Below, in pieces: positions 1-12,235 of a DNA stretch of 64,000 nt. This stretch comes from Trichoplax adhaerens (taxonomy: Eukaryota; Animalia; Placozoa), in NCBI RefSeq assembly GCF_000150275.1, contig NW_002060944.1:7244756-7308755 (forward strand), written 5' to 3'. The notes beneath the pieces are model-generated. The model ran no database searches. It had not been told where the DNA came from and saw nothing but the letters and a program-made list of their open reading frames with translations. The position numbers and the translations under genes were made by a program. Position 1 is the stretch's first letter; each line of letters begins with the position of its first letter.

Positions 1-1140
1 GATGATGAGTGGTTATTACTGTAGTTAAATCGACCTTCCTGTTATTAACTGCAGCTAAGACCTGTCAAAAAAAGGAGAAATGCCCAAATTAGGTTGCGCT
101 ATACCTTTGCCTACTATTAGTCCTTCCTTCCTACTACAGAGCAGTAGGCTCATTTTATCGTAAATTGCAGTTATAGTGTCTGGCCAATAATAATCGCTGA
201 ATACTAATACAGTAAGCGTGTTGCAGTACTTACTCTTCATATAGAGTAACATAGGCATAAAGCGATGAATCAGATCAGCGGATTCGTAACAAACGTTAAT
301 TAATTATCTGCGTCTTAGACCCGATCTTTAGGGTTCAGAAGTGATGATGGACTAAATAAATAGCTAAAGTTCAAGCCTAATTCATCTATTTCATCTACTA
401 TTAAGTGTGCTAATTGTCAGTGTACTGTATTCTACTGTAGGATTGCACTTAATATAGCATTATATATAAACAATTAAAACATGAAGTGGTCTAATCATTA
501 GTGATTAAGAATTGGTAAGTACCAAATAATAGCTAAAGAACAATCATAATTTATGTATTTCATCTACTATTAAGTATATTAAGCGTATTGCACTGTAATA
601 CTACACTTTTAACAGCGCAATATAAATGTGACCCGATGAATTCTTCTAGCGATACGTATCAAATATCATTTGTATCTTAGACCTGATCTTTAATGATTAA
701 GACATGGTTCTATACGCATACTCGATCGTTAACTAATAACTAGGGATCAATCTTAATGTATTCACTACGTGTAATAATTCTATAATAATTGCGGCTTGAT
801 TCAGTCACAACAAATGACAGTCTACTGCATACGATGTTAACTGAGAGAATTTAACTTATGGCATTACTTTTTCCGGTTCGACTGGATCAACAATAGCAGC
901 TTGATTGGTTTTGGGATCGGTTAACAGATACATATAATTATCCTGTAAGGCTGGAATGACATCAATCTTCATTTCTTTCGCTGATTGATTACTATACCAA
1001 GAAGGGAAAGAGACAATTTTCTGTGTTGGACTTTTAGCGAGGCAAGAAAGAGGGAAAGCTCTTCTAAAAACGCTTGTCACTGCATGAAGAAAAGAATTGG
1101 TTATGCAATGGAAGATAGCATTGGCAAAAGCCATTGCCAT
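1..1140 (-). CDS. HAGH: Hydroxyacylglutathione hydrolase (glyoxalase II), 5' part. Exons 1140-868 and 61-1; continues beyond the window start.
   Basis: [17 protein letters not shown]...[11 protein letters not shown] (conserved Met at 972) splices GT(867)/AG(62) to [20 protein letters not shown], the start of the metallo-beta-lactamase THHHxDH motif. Upstream in-frame ATG at 1140. Confidence 0.95.
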
Positions 1141-3328
1141 TTTTCCTTTCCATCAAACTTAACGACATCACTTGCATAATTTACCTCGTCGACAACTAAT
1201 TTTACACCAATCCAAAATGATAAGATGGCTATAAAATCAATTTACCTGGCACAATGCTGAACATTCAAGGAAAGATTGAGTAAAGTAGTCGAACGTTTAT
1301 TCTTCAGTAGGGTTTACGCCCTCAATTTCAAGGTAACTAAGCACCGGTGCACCGGTAGTATCCAACCAGAGCTCTCTGACCTCTGATGGATTTGTTGTGT
1401 ACATTGTCGTGACATTGTACTATACTACAGTAGTGTTCATACTTGCAATACGAGTACGCAACCATACATGAAATAGCATAAGGGTAGCCACCAACATAAC
1501 ATGAGCAGGCGGCAGTATATTACATCGTGCAAACTGTGCAGTAGAATGCGCGATACTCGACTGATTTTAAGAAATATGGACAGTGGATTTCAGATTGGAG
1601 TAGGATTAGGCGAGTTGATTTTATTTACGATTTGCGAACGAATAAAAATGGAAATTGCAAAACACCACAGCATACCCTTACAGTACTGCCCAACACACAA
1701 TTTAGACACCATCGTCTTCACCAGGATCTTACATGGATGCGAATGGACGGTGGACAGATGGACGACTCGCCCTATCCTATACAACTTCTACTAGGCAGTG
1801 ATTGGACTACGAGATCGATACGCGTATATACCATATACCATGGGCTATTCGATATATGAATTATTGCATTAGCTATTAGAGATACTAATGATACCATGGG
1901 CTATTAGATATACTTAATTATACCATAGACTACTACGGTAGGTAGATATCCAGAAGCATCTAGTTATCCATAATAAGTGGATACTGGACAAGTTCATAAG
2001 TAAAAAATATCATAGAGATTTAGCACGATTTATTTGGAGTTTTTATCTATATATTTACTACTAATAACAAAATTCCCCTAATACTAGAATAATAATAAAA
2101 TGAAGAAGAATGAAAACTAGCGAAATCCGTGAAAATTCTACGGAAAAGTGCAATTTTAAGTTAATAGAGTACTAGTAGCGCGACATACGTACAATCGCAT
2201 GAATACGATTTGATTGACGATATTTCTTATGGACTTGAGTAGTTCTGGTGTCCTTTACATGTCATAATCTGTGTATATCCGGAGATGATATAATCATCTC
2301 AAAGATTTTCCCACACTTTCCTGAAACTGTCCTGCCCTGTACTTGTGATGTAAATGTGATGTTTTAATCTGCAGACACGATGATTATTGTGAAAAAATCT
2401 TTTAACAACGGCATTGCTAAGGATTACTAGATTGACCTCTACCGCCTTTTTTTCAAAGCTAAATTACTCATTTATTCATTCCATTATATTTATTACTATT
2501 GTATAATAATATTGCACTCGTACAAACTGAATGTATACCACAATAGTACTCTTTAATGCACAAGATAATACCCTTACATACCAAATAGCAAGCAGTTTGT
2601 GTCAGTAAAAAGTAATTTTTATTCTTATGAACGCGCAAAGGTCTACAAGTAAGCAGAATTGCACATGTACAAAAGTTCATATTGTCTGTTATATTCTGAT
2701 AATCCTAGTAAATACTAGTAAAATAATGATATATACACAATCTTCTAGTAAATTGGCTGTTTACACGTTGTAGTTAAATGACCATTTATGCTTATATATA
2801 TGCATACGTATTTTGAGTCTTTGATATCAAGCGTCATCATTTTCTTCGGATATGAAATAATTTTTAATCTACATTATTATCACATTAACCTCGTCTCAAT
2901 ACATATACAAATACATTGGCTGTACTAGTGAACTTGAACTAGTTAATTTAAGTAAAAGAATTTACAGTATAATTCACAATTACCTACAGCATAAACCGTT
3001 ACCTTTCATCGTGGTCCGCGATTATACTATATTTTCCAAATACTCTAAACTTTTATGTAATAGTGGTGTGCACATAAGATAAGTTTTGTAATATTTAGAA
3101 TCTAAACCATCTAACTTAGGCAATTAATTATAAATAAATTCGGGAAGACCAATATGATATATGAGAAATAAAATCAAAAACTTATTATGGATTTGCTCAT
3201 ATACATATGAAATGCTTGTGATATAATACAAATTTACAGTCAAAAAATCAATGATTGAAAATACATCGTAATCTGAATACTTTCTAATAATCACATTACA
3301 ATAGGTTAGTTTTATATTTAATATCAGG

Positions 3329-6300
3329 TTATGCTGTCAACTTTTTATATTCCCTTAAACTTGTCAGAAATATCTTTTTAGTCTGTTCCATCATTTGATG
3401 ATAGAGTTTCAAATCTTCATCCTTTCCTTTAGATATAGAGCGAATTGTTTCTCTTAGTGCAGTATTTTCATCTCTCTGAATTTCTAACCTAAAATAAATT
3501 ATAGAATTTGACATCATATATGCGTATAAGCAGGAAGGCAACGGATATAAATCATGATCGCATGTGTTAGCTAAGCTGTTTACGAAAAAGACAATTTATG
3601 TAGTAGTGGTAGTATGGTCTTTCGCAATGATTCAATTAGCATTAACTAATCGATTGTAGTATAAATATACCAACGTGTGAAAGTATCAATTCTGTGCTAG
3701 TTTGCAAAGGTTTATTTATTTAAGTTTATAATTACTTGGAATTTAACTCTTCGATTTTAGTCTCGAAATCAGTTGTAGATGATTGGCGCTGCGCTTTCTT
3801 CCTTGTATCACTTGATTTTAAACCCTGTTGCTGATTAAGTCGACGAGTTTTGTCTAATTCCTTTTCAAGTAAGGCGTTCTGTCGTCGTTGATCTTGAAAT
3901 TGATTTCCAATCTCGATATTTTTATTGGTCAGCTCATTAATCCTGAAATATCCACACCACATATAATATGACTAAGCGATATCAATTTCCAAAACAAGAA
4001 AAACTTGGATACTGAACTTCTGTATAACAATCGTAGCGTGGTTATGTTAACAGACAAATTTTTCAATCAATATTAAGAAATAAATCATAAAGTGCAGTAA
4101 CTCAAACCATAATGGCTCATTCAACAATTAGCCCTACACCTTTTGATATTAAATCTATCACATTTCCGATCAATCTTAAATTTGAAGGAAATTTTGTAAA
4201 AGTTGAGGTAAACATGTGCTGCATTACCGAATAGTATCGTTTTTATAAACATATACAAACTGTCCATGCCTATCTAATCTAATTGTAGCCTAATCCAAAT
4301 ATTACTAGTCCTGATAAATAATGGGTGAAAGTATAAATTAAGTAAGCAGTATTTCACCTCTCTTGCAATATTTTAACCAGTTCAGTCAATCTATCCCTTT
4401 CGATGGAAGTTGTTTGTGCTAATGCTTTATGCTCTTGTAATTGCATGTAAAGATTTGAAGTATCTTTCCTAAAGATGAATCAATAACTTTACAATTCAAT
4501 CTCTGTTTAATTTCTACAAAACTAAATTCAAAAGATAATTCATATTTATATATTCATTAACATATTATAATCTAAGATATTCTATAAAGCAACCGGGTAA
4601 TTTCAGTAATAAATCCGGGTGAAATTTAACATTTTAAATCTTTAGCTTATTTCACTAAAATTGACACAATCAAACATTTTATTCACGATTTATGTACTCA
4701 TTAATATATTTCAATCTGAGATGCTCTATAAATCAACAGGGCAATTTTTAGCAATAAATCTAAAAAAGATTTAATTACCTTGTTCCAGCTGAAACTGGTA
4801 ATTTTGACCGACCCTGAGATTGATTTGATTTTGGAGAATACAATCGACTATCAGGTCGACTATGCTCACTATTAATCGAATCGGATCTTGGTCGTGGAGG
4901 AGGAGGTGTAGGCAAAATTCCACTTGGAATGTCACTATTATTGCTGCTACTGCTAAATGTTCTCATTTTCCCACTTATTGCTAAACACATGTTTAAGAAA
5001 GAATCAATTCATTTACATTTTATAACAATGCTACCGATTATCGTGCAACAATACTAATGTGAGGATGCAAGAGCTAAAAAGATAAATATAGCGTTAAAGC
5101 AATAATTTACGTTTAGGATTGTTATCTGGTTGATCGGAATTTCGTCTTAATTTTTCAATGGTACTTTCTAATGCCTTAATGCGCTCATCTTTGTTATGAC
5201 ACTTTGCTTTTAGTTGTGACGTTAGCTGATGGAGATCTTCTAATTCTTTTCCACGGATTTTAGATTCTGATGTCTTATGCTCTTTTAAATTATTATTTTC
5301 TTTCTATGATAAAAGGATAGAAAAGTATAAGTCTGCTTTAAAATTGAATGTGGACAAAAAGCTTTATACTGTTACCAGAAAGTACTTTCTATATATTTCG
5401 GATAATAATCACGCCACATAAATACTACAAATAATTTCTATGATTTATAAATCATGCGTTTACATCCAGTTATATCAATTAATGGTATAAAAGGCTTGAT
5501 GAATAAGACCGTGCAATTAAGTATTTAATTACCTAACGGTAAAGGTACCGGTATACAGTACAGTAGGTAAATTATACATTTCATAAAGTTCATATCTCTA
5601 CACATATATGAAAATTAAGTGCTAGTACAGCATCCTAAGTGTGTCATATAATCAAACAACAATTTTCAAAGTAGGTTATCGTACAGTAAGTTCTATCCAA
5701 TCTTTAATCTATACAAACCAGCAAAACTTCGATAAATTCATCGTCATGTTTGCCTTTCTCTAACAGTGTTCCCATCTGCGCTTTAGTTCCTTTTAATTCT
5801 TCACTTAATATCTTATTTCTAGCTCTTACGCCCTCGTATTTTTGTTGCATTTGCTTATAGCTTTCTTCTAATTTTTCCAATTCTATTGTAGCTTTCTAGT
5901 CATAAAATTACGATAAAACTTTAGCAAAGAAATGGATGCATTACATTTATTTGAAAATATTAATATGATCATTCAGATAAATGCATAATTAAGAGACTAC
6001 TTCTTGGTTTTCTTTCCGTTGTTTTTCAATTTTCTTTATCGTAGATTGATGCTTAGCATCAATCCCGACTGGAAAGGCATTTATAGCAATGGAAGTTGCA
6101 CCAGATCTTCTGCCTATGGTTCCGTTTTTATTCATTTCAGCAATTTGCTGTTTCAAATCAGTAACCTGATTATGTAATGAATAAATGAAATCACTAGTGA
6201 GCCCTCTCAAGCAATACCGAAGTTAATTATTTTATTGATGAGCTAAAATCAAGGTTCAATTTTTATTGATAGAGTAATTAATAAATCGACTGATATAACC

Positions 6301-8475
6301 GGATATTACTTGTTCCTGTATTAACTGTAGCATAACTCTAGCTAATTTTCTAATTCTGGATGCATGCTATCTATGATGCCAATAAGGCCTTAATCCCATC
6401 TTCTCAGTAAATTACTACATGACCAGCTAAAATAATCTAAAATATCCATCTACTCGTATATCCTATTTCGCAAACCTTGTCTTGTAATGATATAATTTGT
6501 TGTTGCCTGCCTCTCCAATTGCTTGATCGATTTAGTAGATTGTTAATATTTACATTATCACCAAGTTCGCTAATAAGGATCTATACGTACAATCGTAAGC
6601 GATTTTTAATATCGTTAGTAAGATCTTTAATAGAAAATTTAAAAATATATATAAAGTACAGTATTTATCGCAGCTTCTTCAGTAGTTCAATGAATCATGA
6701 ATTAACTTGAAATTTAGTTATTCTGCATGACTCATTTTTCGGCTACGGTATACTTACAGGACAATTGATACGTTATAAAGCATCAAACTTAAGAACGTTG
6801 TGTACCTTGTGCATAGTTTTTAATTCTTGCTTTTGCGATTGGCATTGGGACCGGTATTCGTTTAATTTTGTTGAAGTACGGGCTAATTTCTCCTTAGTCA
6901 CTTCTAACTCTTCTTGTGTATCCTAGAATGTGGATAAAATCAGCAAGAGTTACGTAGTTAAAATAAGCTAGTTACTATCGTAGCAAAATGTATGATTCAG
7001 AAAAAATTCAATGAATCCAATATCACAAATACCTCATTATCCCCATCGTTCTTATTTTTAAAATCGTTTGGAAAATCCAGATTTACTTTTTTTAATTGAT
7101 CTAATTCACGATTAAGTTCAGCGAATTTTCTAGCTAGTTCTTTGGATTGCGTTTTTTCGATTCCAATTTGTGATGAAAGCTCCCGATTTTTTTTCGAGAG
7201 TTCGACAATTCGACTGGCTGCAGTATCACTGCCAGCACCTCGACCTTTTATTAATATACAGCATCATAAAATGTGAATGCTATCGAAAAATATAAGCTTT
7301 TTCTGCTTATTTATCTACTTGTATACTTAGCTAGTACATTACATATAATGATATGGGCATGCTATTTTATTGATATAAATTAATAAGCTACAAGTTGTAA
7401 TGTTATTATATTTGGCAGGGGAAGTCATGAATATACCTGCTAATGCATATTTGCTATTTTCTAGGTTCTTTCGTAATACATTTAGTTCCCCATCTTTCTC
7501 CCTTACTAATTTTCTAAATCGACTATTCTCGTCTTTAAGTTCCTATTACACGTACAAGGTATTTTTAGCTTTGCAATTACATGGTATTGATATCGTTAGT
7601 ACAGTAATTAAATAATATAGCATTGATCAATTTTCAAATAAAAACTAAGAAATCATGTCAACAAATCAAAATTTAAGCATCGGCCTTAAAGACCATATAG
7701 TTAGATTGAATCATGATCTAGATTTAAAATATTTATCAAATCATAATAAAACTCTCAGAAGAACATACACGGATTATTTCTTTTAATTCAGTAATTTCAT
7801 CGTCATTCGTAGACTCGACCGTTCTATCATCATCGTTCTCTTCATCAGTAACTTCCAACTAGATTAAGGATTGTGATGGGTGAATTAGTGTTTAATAATT
7901 ATCAAGTGTGTATTCTTTAAGGATGTATGATTTGATTATTGTGTAGGTATATAGTCTGTGTCAATTGTTTACAACATGCTGCGGAATCGATAATTTCAGC
8001 ATATCAGAGGCATATAACATGTAACTAAAATTGTAGTCGTGCTATTAATGAAGCACACTCAACTTATAAAATTGAATCAATCATCTAATCGAATTTTTGT
8101 GTGTATAGTGAATAACGTTATTAAAATTTATGTTCTGTATACGTATAGAGGTAATCAGCAAGTAGTGGTATCCTAGTATAAACATTACGAATTGTGTTGA
8201 AGATGCTGTGTATTAGTATGCTAGCCTATCATAATAAAGTTTTAACTAGTAATATTAACCTTTAGATTTAAATTTTCTTCTGGCATCCATGATAATTGGC
8301 CGTTAATCTGATTTGAATTTTTATCGTTACTCTGCCGTTTATTGGTTTCTTCTTGACTGGTTGTAATACTTTCGTTGGTTTTTCTTTGTTGTAAACGTAA
8401 TAATCGTTGTTGCTGCTTCTCTTGCAATATTTGATATTGCAACCTTAATGAATTCTGATCTGAGTTTGTAGCCAT
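3329..8475 (-). CDS. CCDC13: Coiled-coil domain-containing protein 13 (centriolar satellite/ciliary protein), multi-exon
   Basis: N-terminus MATNSDQNSLRLQYQILQEKQQQRL and C-terminus LEIQRDENTALRETIRSISKGKDEDLKLYHQMMEQTKKIFL resemble the termini of human CCDC13 as recalled. Many intervening coiled-coil exons with GT-AG boundaries. Confidence 0.85.
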
Positions 8476-8973
8476 TGAAATTTGGTTGATGAAATGAATT
8501 GTGGTATTTCTTGCAATGGTTATTATTCAATTACTATAGAAGATGTTGTAATAATAATTTTACACCACTAATCTATCAAGTTCTTGCTTGTATTAATTAT
8601 CGTTTCGTTGGCGTAATGTTCTTCATTTCACACCTGTTACTTTGATCTATGTCTATCTTGGAGTGCATTTGTATGCCTATCTCGTCACTGGTAGATGAAC
8701 TTCCTAATCACCGTTACAGCTTTGTAGTTTTTAAATCAAATAGCATCGCCCATTTCAATTTTCAATAACTCCTTGTACGATTAATACCGTTAGTGATGAT
8801 TGAAGCAATACGCATATACGTCTTGAAGTACTACGCTATCGAGCAACCTACATCAATGCAGCCATTGCCTAAATTGCGCAAAATGGATATCATCCTATGT
8901 ATCAGCCAAGCCCCAACTACTGTACCGTCTAATGCGTTGAAAGGCAGTAATTTTATTTTATGGAAATTACAGT

Positions 8974-9088
8974 AGTCTATAGTCAATGATATCCATTTTC
9001 CTATGTGAATAGGTTTAGATCAAGACATTACTCTATAGTCAATGAGATCCATTTTAGTATGTTAATAGGTTTCTATCATGATATCACA
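8974..9088. repeat. Two diverged tandem copies of a ~56-bp unit
   Basis: tctatagtcaatga(t/g)atccatttt...at(g)t(g/t)aataggttt appears twice. Confidence 0.8.
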
Positions 9089-9240
9089 GTAGTACCGCGG
9101 TAGTCTGATGGTGGCTGCAAGCCGAGGACTGTTTCCATGGCATCAAACTGGAAGTGCGCAGAATTGCTTTTCCAATTTTCAGAGTTGAAAAGTTTGGATT
9201 GCGCACTCTCGTGACAGTCCGTCCTTAATTACTGTCAATC

Positions 9241-9290
9241 AATAATAATATTATATTATTATTATTATTATTATTATTGTTATTTATTAT
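9241..9290. repeat. (TTA)n/(AAT)n microsatellite
   Basis: Run of ttattattattatta... seen directly. Confidence 0.9.
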
Positions 9291-9619
9291 GATTCAAAAC
9301 CGGCTTGATCGCGCAGCCTTCGCGGCGGATATTCACTGGAAAACCATAATCCAATGAGATTACTATACTGCCGCCAGGACTGCAGGCGATCGAATTAAAA
9401 TTCTCCAAAAGGCGTTTTGATTGGATGAGAAAAAAATGAAAATATTCTGATTGTACTGCTGTATCCGCGATAGTCATGCAAAGTCCAGCAAATAAAGTAG
9501 GTCGAAGCTTGGTTGGTTTTGTAGCGTGTGGTATACTAAACGGTTTCAGTTTTAGGGTATGGTAGCAGCGAGTACTCCTTCATTAATCAATTAAAATCGT
9601 CCCCGGGGGTACGATTTTA

Positions 9620-11130
9620 ATTGAGTACAGTAGTCGCTGATAGTACTGTAGAATAAGGGAAAAATGGTCAGTTTGACCATTCTTTTTGCACTAAAGTGTA
9701 CTGTACAATACATCAGTAGATCAGGTTGCGGTAAATTGTGCGATTGATATCATTGATATTAAACTGCATAAGCTAGTACAGGAATAATAGAATGTTTTGA
9801 TTGATTGGAAAATACCGGACCGACGTCCGGCATTTTGAATCAATCATTGACTTTACTATTTTTCCCGGACAAGTTGATTTAATTTTAATGAAGAGGCGGT
9901 ACAGTAGTGTCAAAAAGTGAGAAGAAGTGGAATTGGTACAGTACAGTGCAAAGATTGATCTACAGTACAGGACGTTACAATGGTTTACTGCACAGTCCAA
10001 TTTACGGTACGTACTGATGTACTGTACTGTACACTACAATACTGTACAGTGTACAGTAGGAACGTATCAATCGGCTACAAAAATGCCACTTTTAACGTTT
10101 ACCTTGGCAACTTTGACATACAGTATAGTAGTGTACACTGTACAGTAATGTCGATGTGTCTATTCGTATTGCGGCACGATGAGTCAGGAATCTCAAATGA
10201 ATTAGGGTTATTATTATGATGAAGTGTGAATACTGTAAATACTGGACTGTCCAGTATGCTGTACAGTACAGTACGTCTCGTTGACTGTACCCATTTTGTA
10301 CTGTAGAATACAGAGTCAGTATCAGGTTGGCACAGTACGGCCGACAAACCAACTGGCATTCTTGACACTGTAGCGACAGTTATTTCCAAAAAACAAAAGT
10401 AAAAACAGCAGTTCTGGTAAAGCCAGTTCTGCTAGTTTCAACTGTTGCTATTGTTTCGAACGCCCCCAGCCTTACCCATCAGTATTGTTGTGTATCACTC
10501 TTTGTTGATAGTAAGTACATAGTGTACAGTACAACAACAATGAACTAGTGAACTCGATGTTGAAAGGTTAAAATCGCAGGCGTTTGTAGACTGTACATTG
10601 TACTGTAGCGAGCTGTGTACACTGTAGAGTAGTGATAGGCTCAATTGCTGATACAGTACAGTAGTCTACTTACTACGGTGTACAGTACACTACACACTAT
10701 TGGATTGTATGCAGCACTGTACTGCACGGTACACATCTGCATATCCAGCAAGGCAGAGAAATACTGTACTGTACAGTACAGTGTACTGTAGAAAAAATAA
10801 ATCAATTCTCTCAGACTGTATGGACAGACAATGCGTCAGGCCAACTTTTGTTAACGCCGATTGTTCTCTCCAGGCTAACCTCTTTCAACAGACATGTTCA
10901 ATTGTTTATTCATAATGTACCTTAACGTGTTACGGCAAATCAGATCTCACAACGTATCCAACAACGGGTCCGTACAATGTACTGTATTGTACTGGACAGT
11001 GAAGGCACAGCATGACGTGCAATACAGCCTACAGTCTACAGTACAGCCAAAAGAAGCTTTGCAGACTTTGTACTGTAAAGTGGAGTACTTACTACCACTG
11101 TCCTTGCGTCCTACAGTGCTCAACTGGGAC
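9620..11130. repeat. Degenerate (TACAG/CTGTA)n palindromic motif array in the divergent CCDC13/bZIP intergenic region
   Basis: Dozens of tacagta, tactgta and actgtacagt motifs in both orientations. They explain the spurious TVQY/YCTV-rich ORFs. Confidence 0.85.
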
Positions 11131-11143
11131 TGTAACCCACACA

Positions 11144-11150
11144 TATAAAG
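11144..11150 (+). promoter_or_regulatory. TATA box of the bZIP gene; CRE/ATF-like TGACGTG about 130 bp upstream (11013-11019)
   Basis: TATAAAG lies ~130 nt upstream of ATG 11280. Confidence 0.5.
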
Positions 11151-11279
11151 TCAATTGCATCAGCTTTTAATCCACTTGTTTTCATTCTGTTGGCGCTATT
11201 GCAAGCTAATTCATTTGCAATCTCGACTACTACTACCGCGACCATTCGTATTTGCTAGCAAGGTGGACTACTGGGTAAG

Positions 11280-12235
11280 ATGATGGCAAACTACCATTAC
11301 CAAAATTATATCGATGAAGCCATGGGATTCGACGACAAAGGTGGAGGAGGACTAGCCATGGAAGAATTTCTATGGAATGAAATGTGCCCAGAAATTTACA
11401 CCGCCAACATGATCGACGACGAAGAGTGTTTTGATCCTGCGGCTCGTGACTCCGCGTGGTATATTTAGCAGTGGTAAGTCAATGACTCTCAATCATCCAT
11501 AGACTAACCAATACTAAATACTGTAGTAGACGGTTGTATTATGTATGATTATTATATCCATAATGATCATCATTGCAACCATTTTCAATGATGATGCTAG
11601 AGATGAATGTTTTTATAATCATCAATGCAATCTTTTTTTCTGACATTAATTTACATCAAATCGCCAGGTTGATACCTAGCGAGTGGGGCATATGGGGCAT
11701 ATGGTTAAAAATTGCGTCAATAAAAAAAAAAACATCGTTGGTAAAATACATGATTCATTCTTACCCTGTTCAACATGTAATGTACTAATTTCCATCACTA
11801 TATAAATTATTTTTGCAATATCGTATAGAATTCAACGGAAATCGACACAGCAATTCGTCTTCTTCTATACCTACAGTTGGCAACACCACATTGCCACAAT
11901 CCATTGATTCTTTAACTACAGAAGAAGAAGCTTTTGTCGATTTCCGCGATGAAGATCTTTCATCAGGCCTCAGTGAAGATATTTCCAATTTCCATGCTAA
12001 CCTTTCAAAAGCAAGAAAACGGATGTCGCATGATGAACGTCGCCAGCGAAATAACTTATCAGCTAAAAAGTCCAGAGAGGCCAAAAAAATCAAAGATCGT
12101 TATCGTTCTATTACAGCAAAATCGCTCGAGACTGAAAATGCCCGCTTGAAACTTGAAATACAAATGATGGAAAAGCAAATTCAAACAATACGCCAACTGC
12201 TGGTGTGTAAAATCAACAATCATTCCACAGCTTGA
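11280..12235 (+). CDS. PAR-family (HLF/TEF/DBP-like) bZIP transcription factor, two coding segments, exact junction unresolved
   Basis: 3' exon basic region RRQRNNLSAKKSREAKK followed by zipper LETENARLKLEIQMMEKQI. 5' ORF (11280-11468) is acidic and contains LAMEEFLWNE, resembling the PAR activation motif MDLEEFLxEN. Confidence 0.75.

Noticed and set aside
9105-9135. Hammerhead-like CUGAUG..stem..GA
   Set aside because: It lacks the invariant CUGANGA and GAAA core residues.
9773-11148. Many overlapping 65-96 aa ORFs rich in YCTV/TVQY
   Set aside because: They are translation artefacts of the TACAG/CTGTA motif array, with no domain signal.
11437-11471. IRE1/XBP1-type unconventional intron to fix the bZIP frame
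   Set aside because: The best candidate sites (CTG^CGG, TAG^CAG) would remove 29 nt, the wrong phase (3n+1 is needed). They lack clear stem-loops, and the domain order differs from XBP1.
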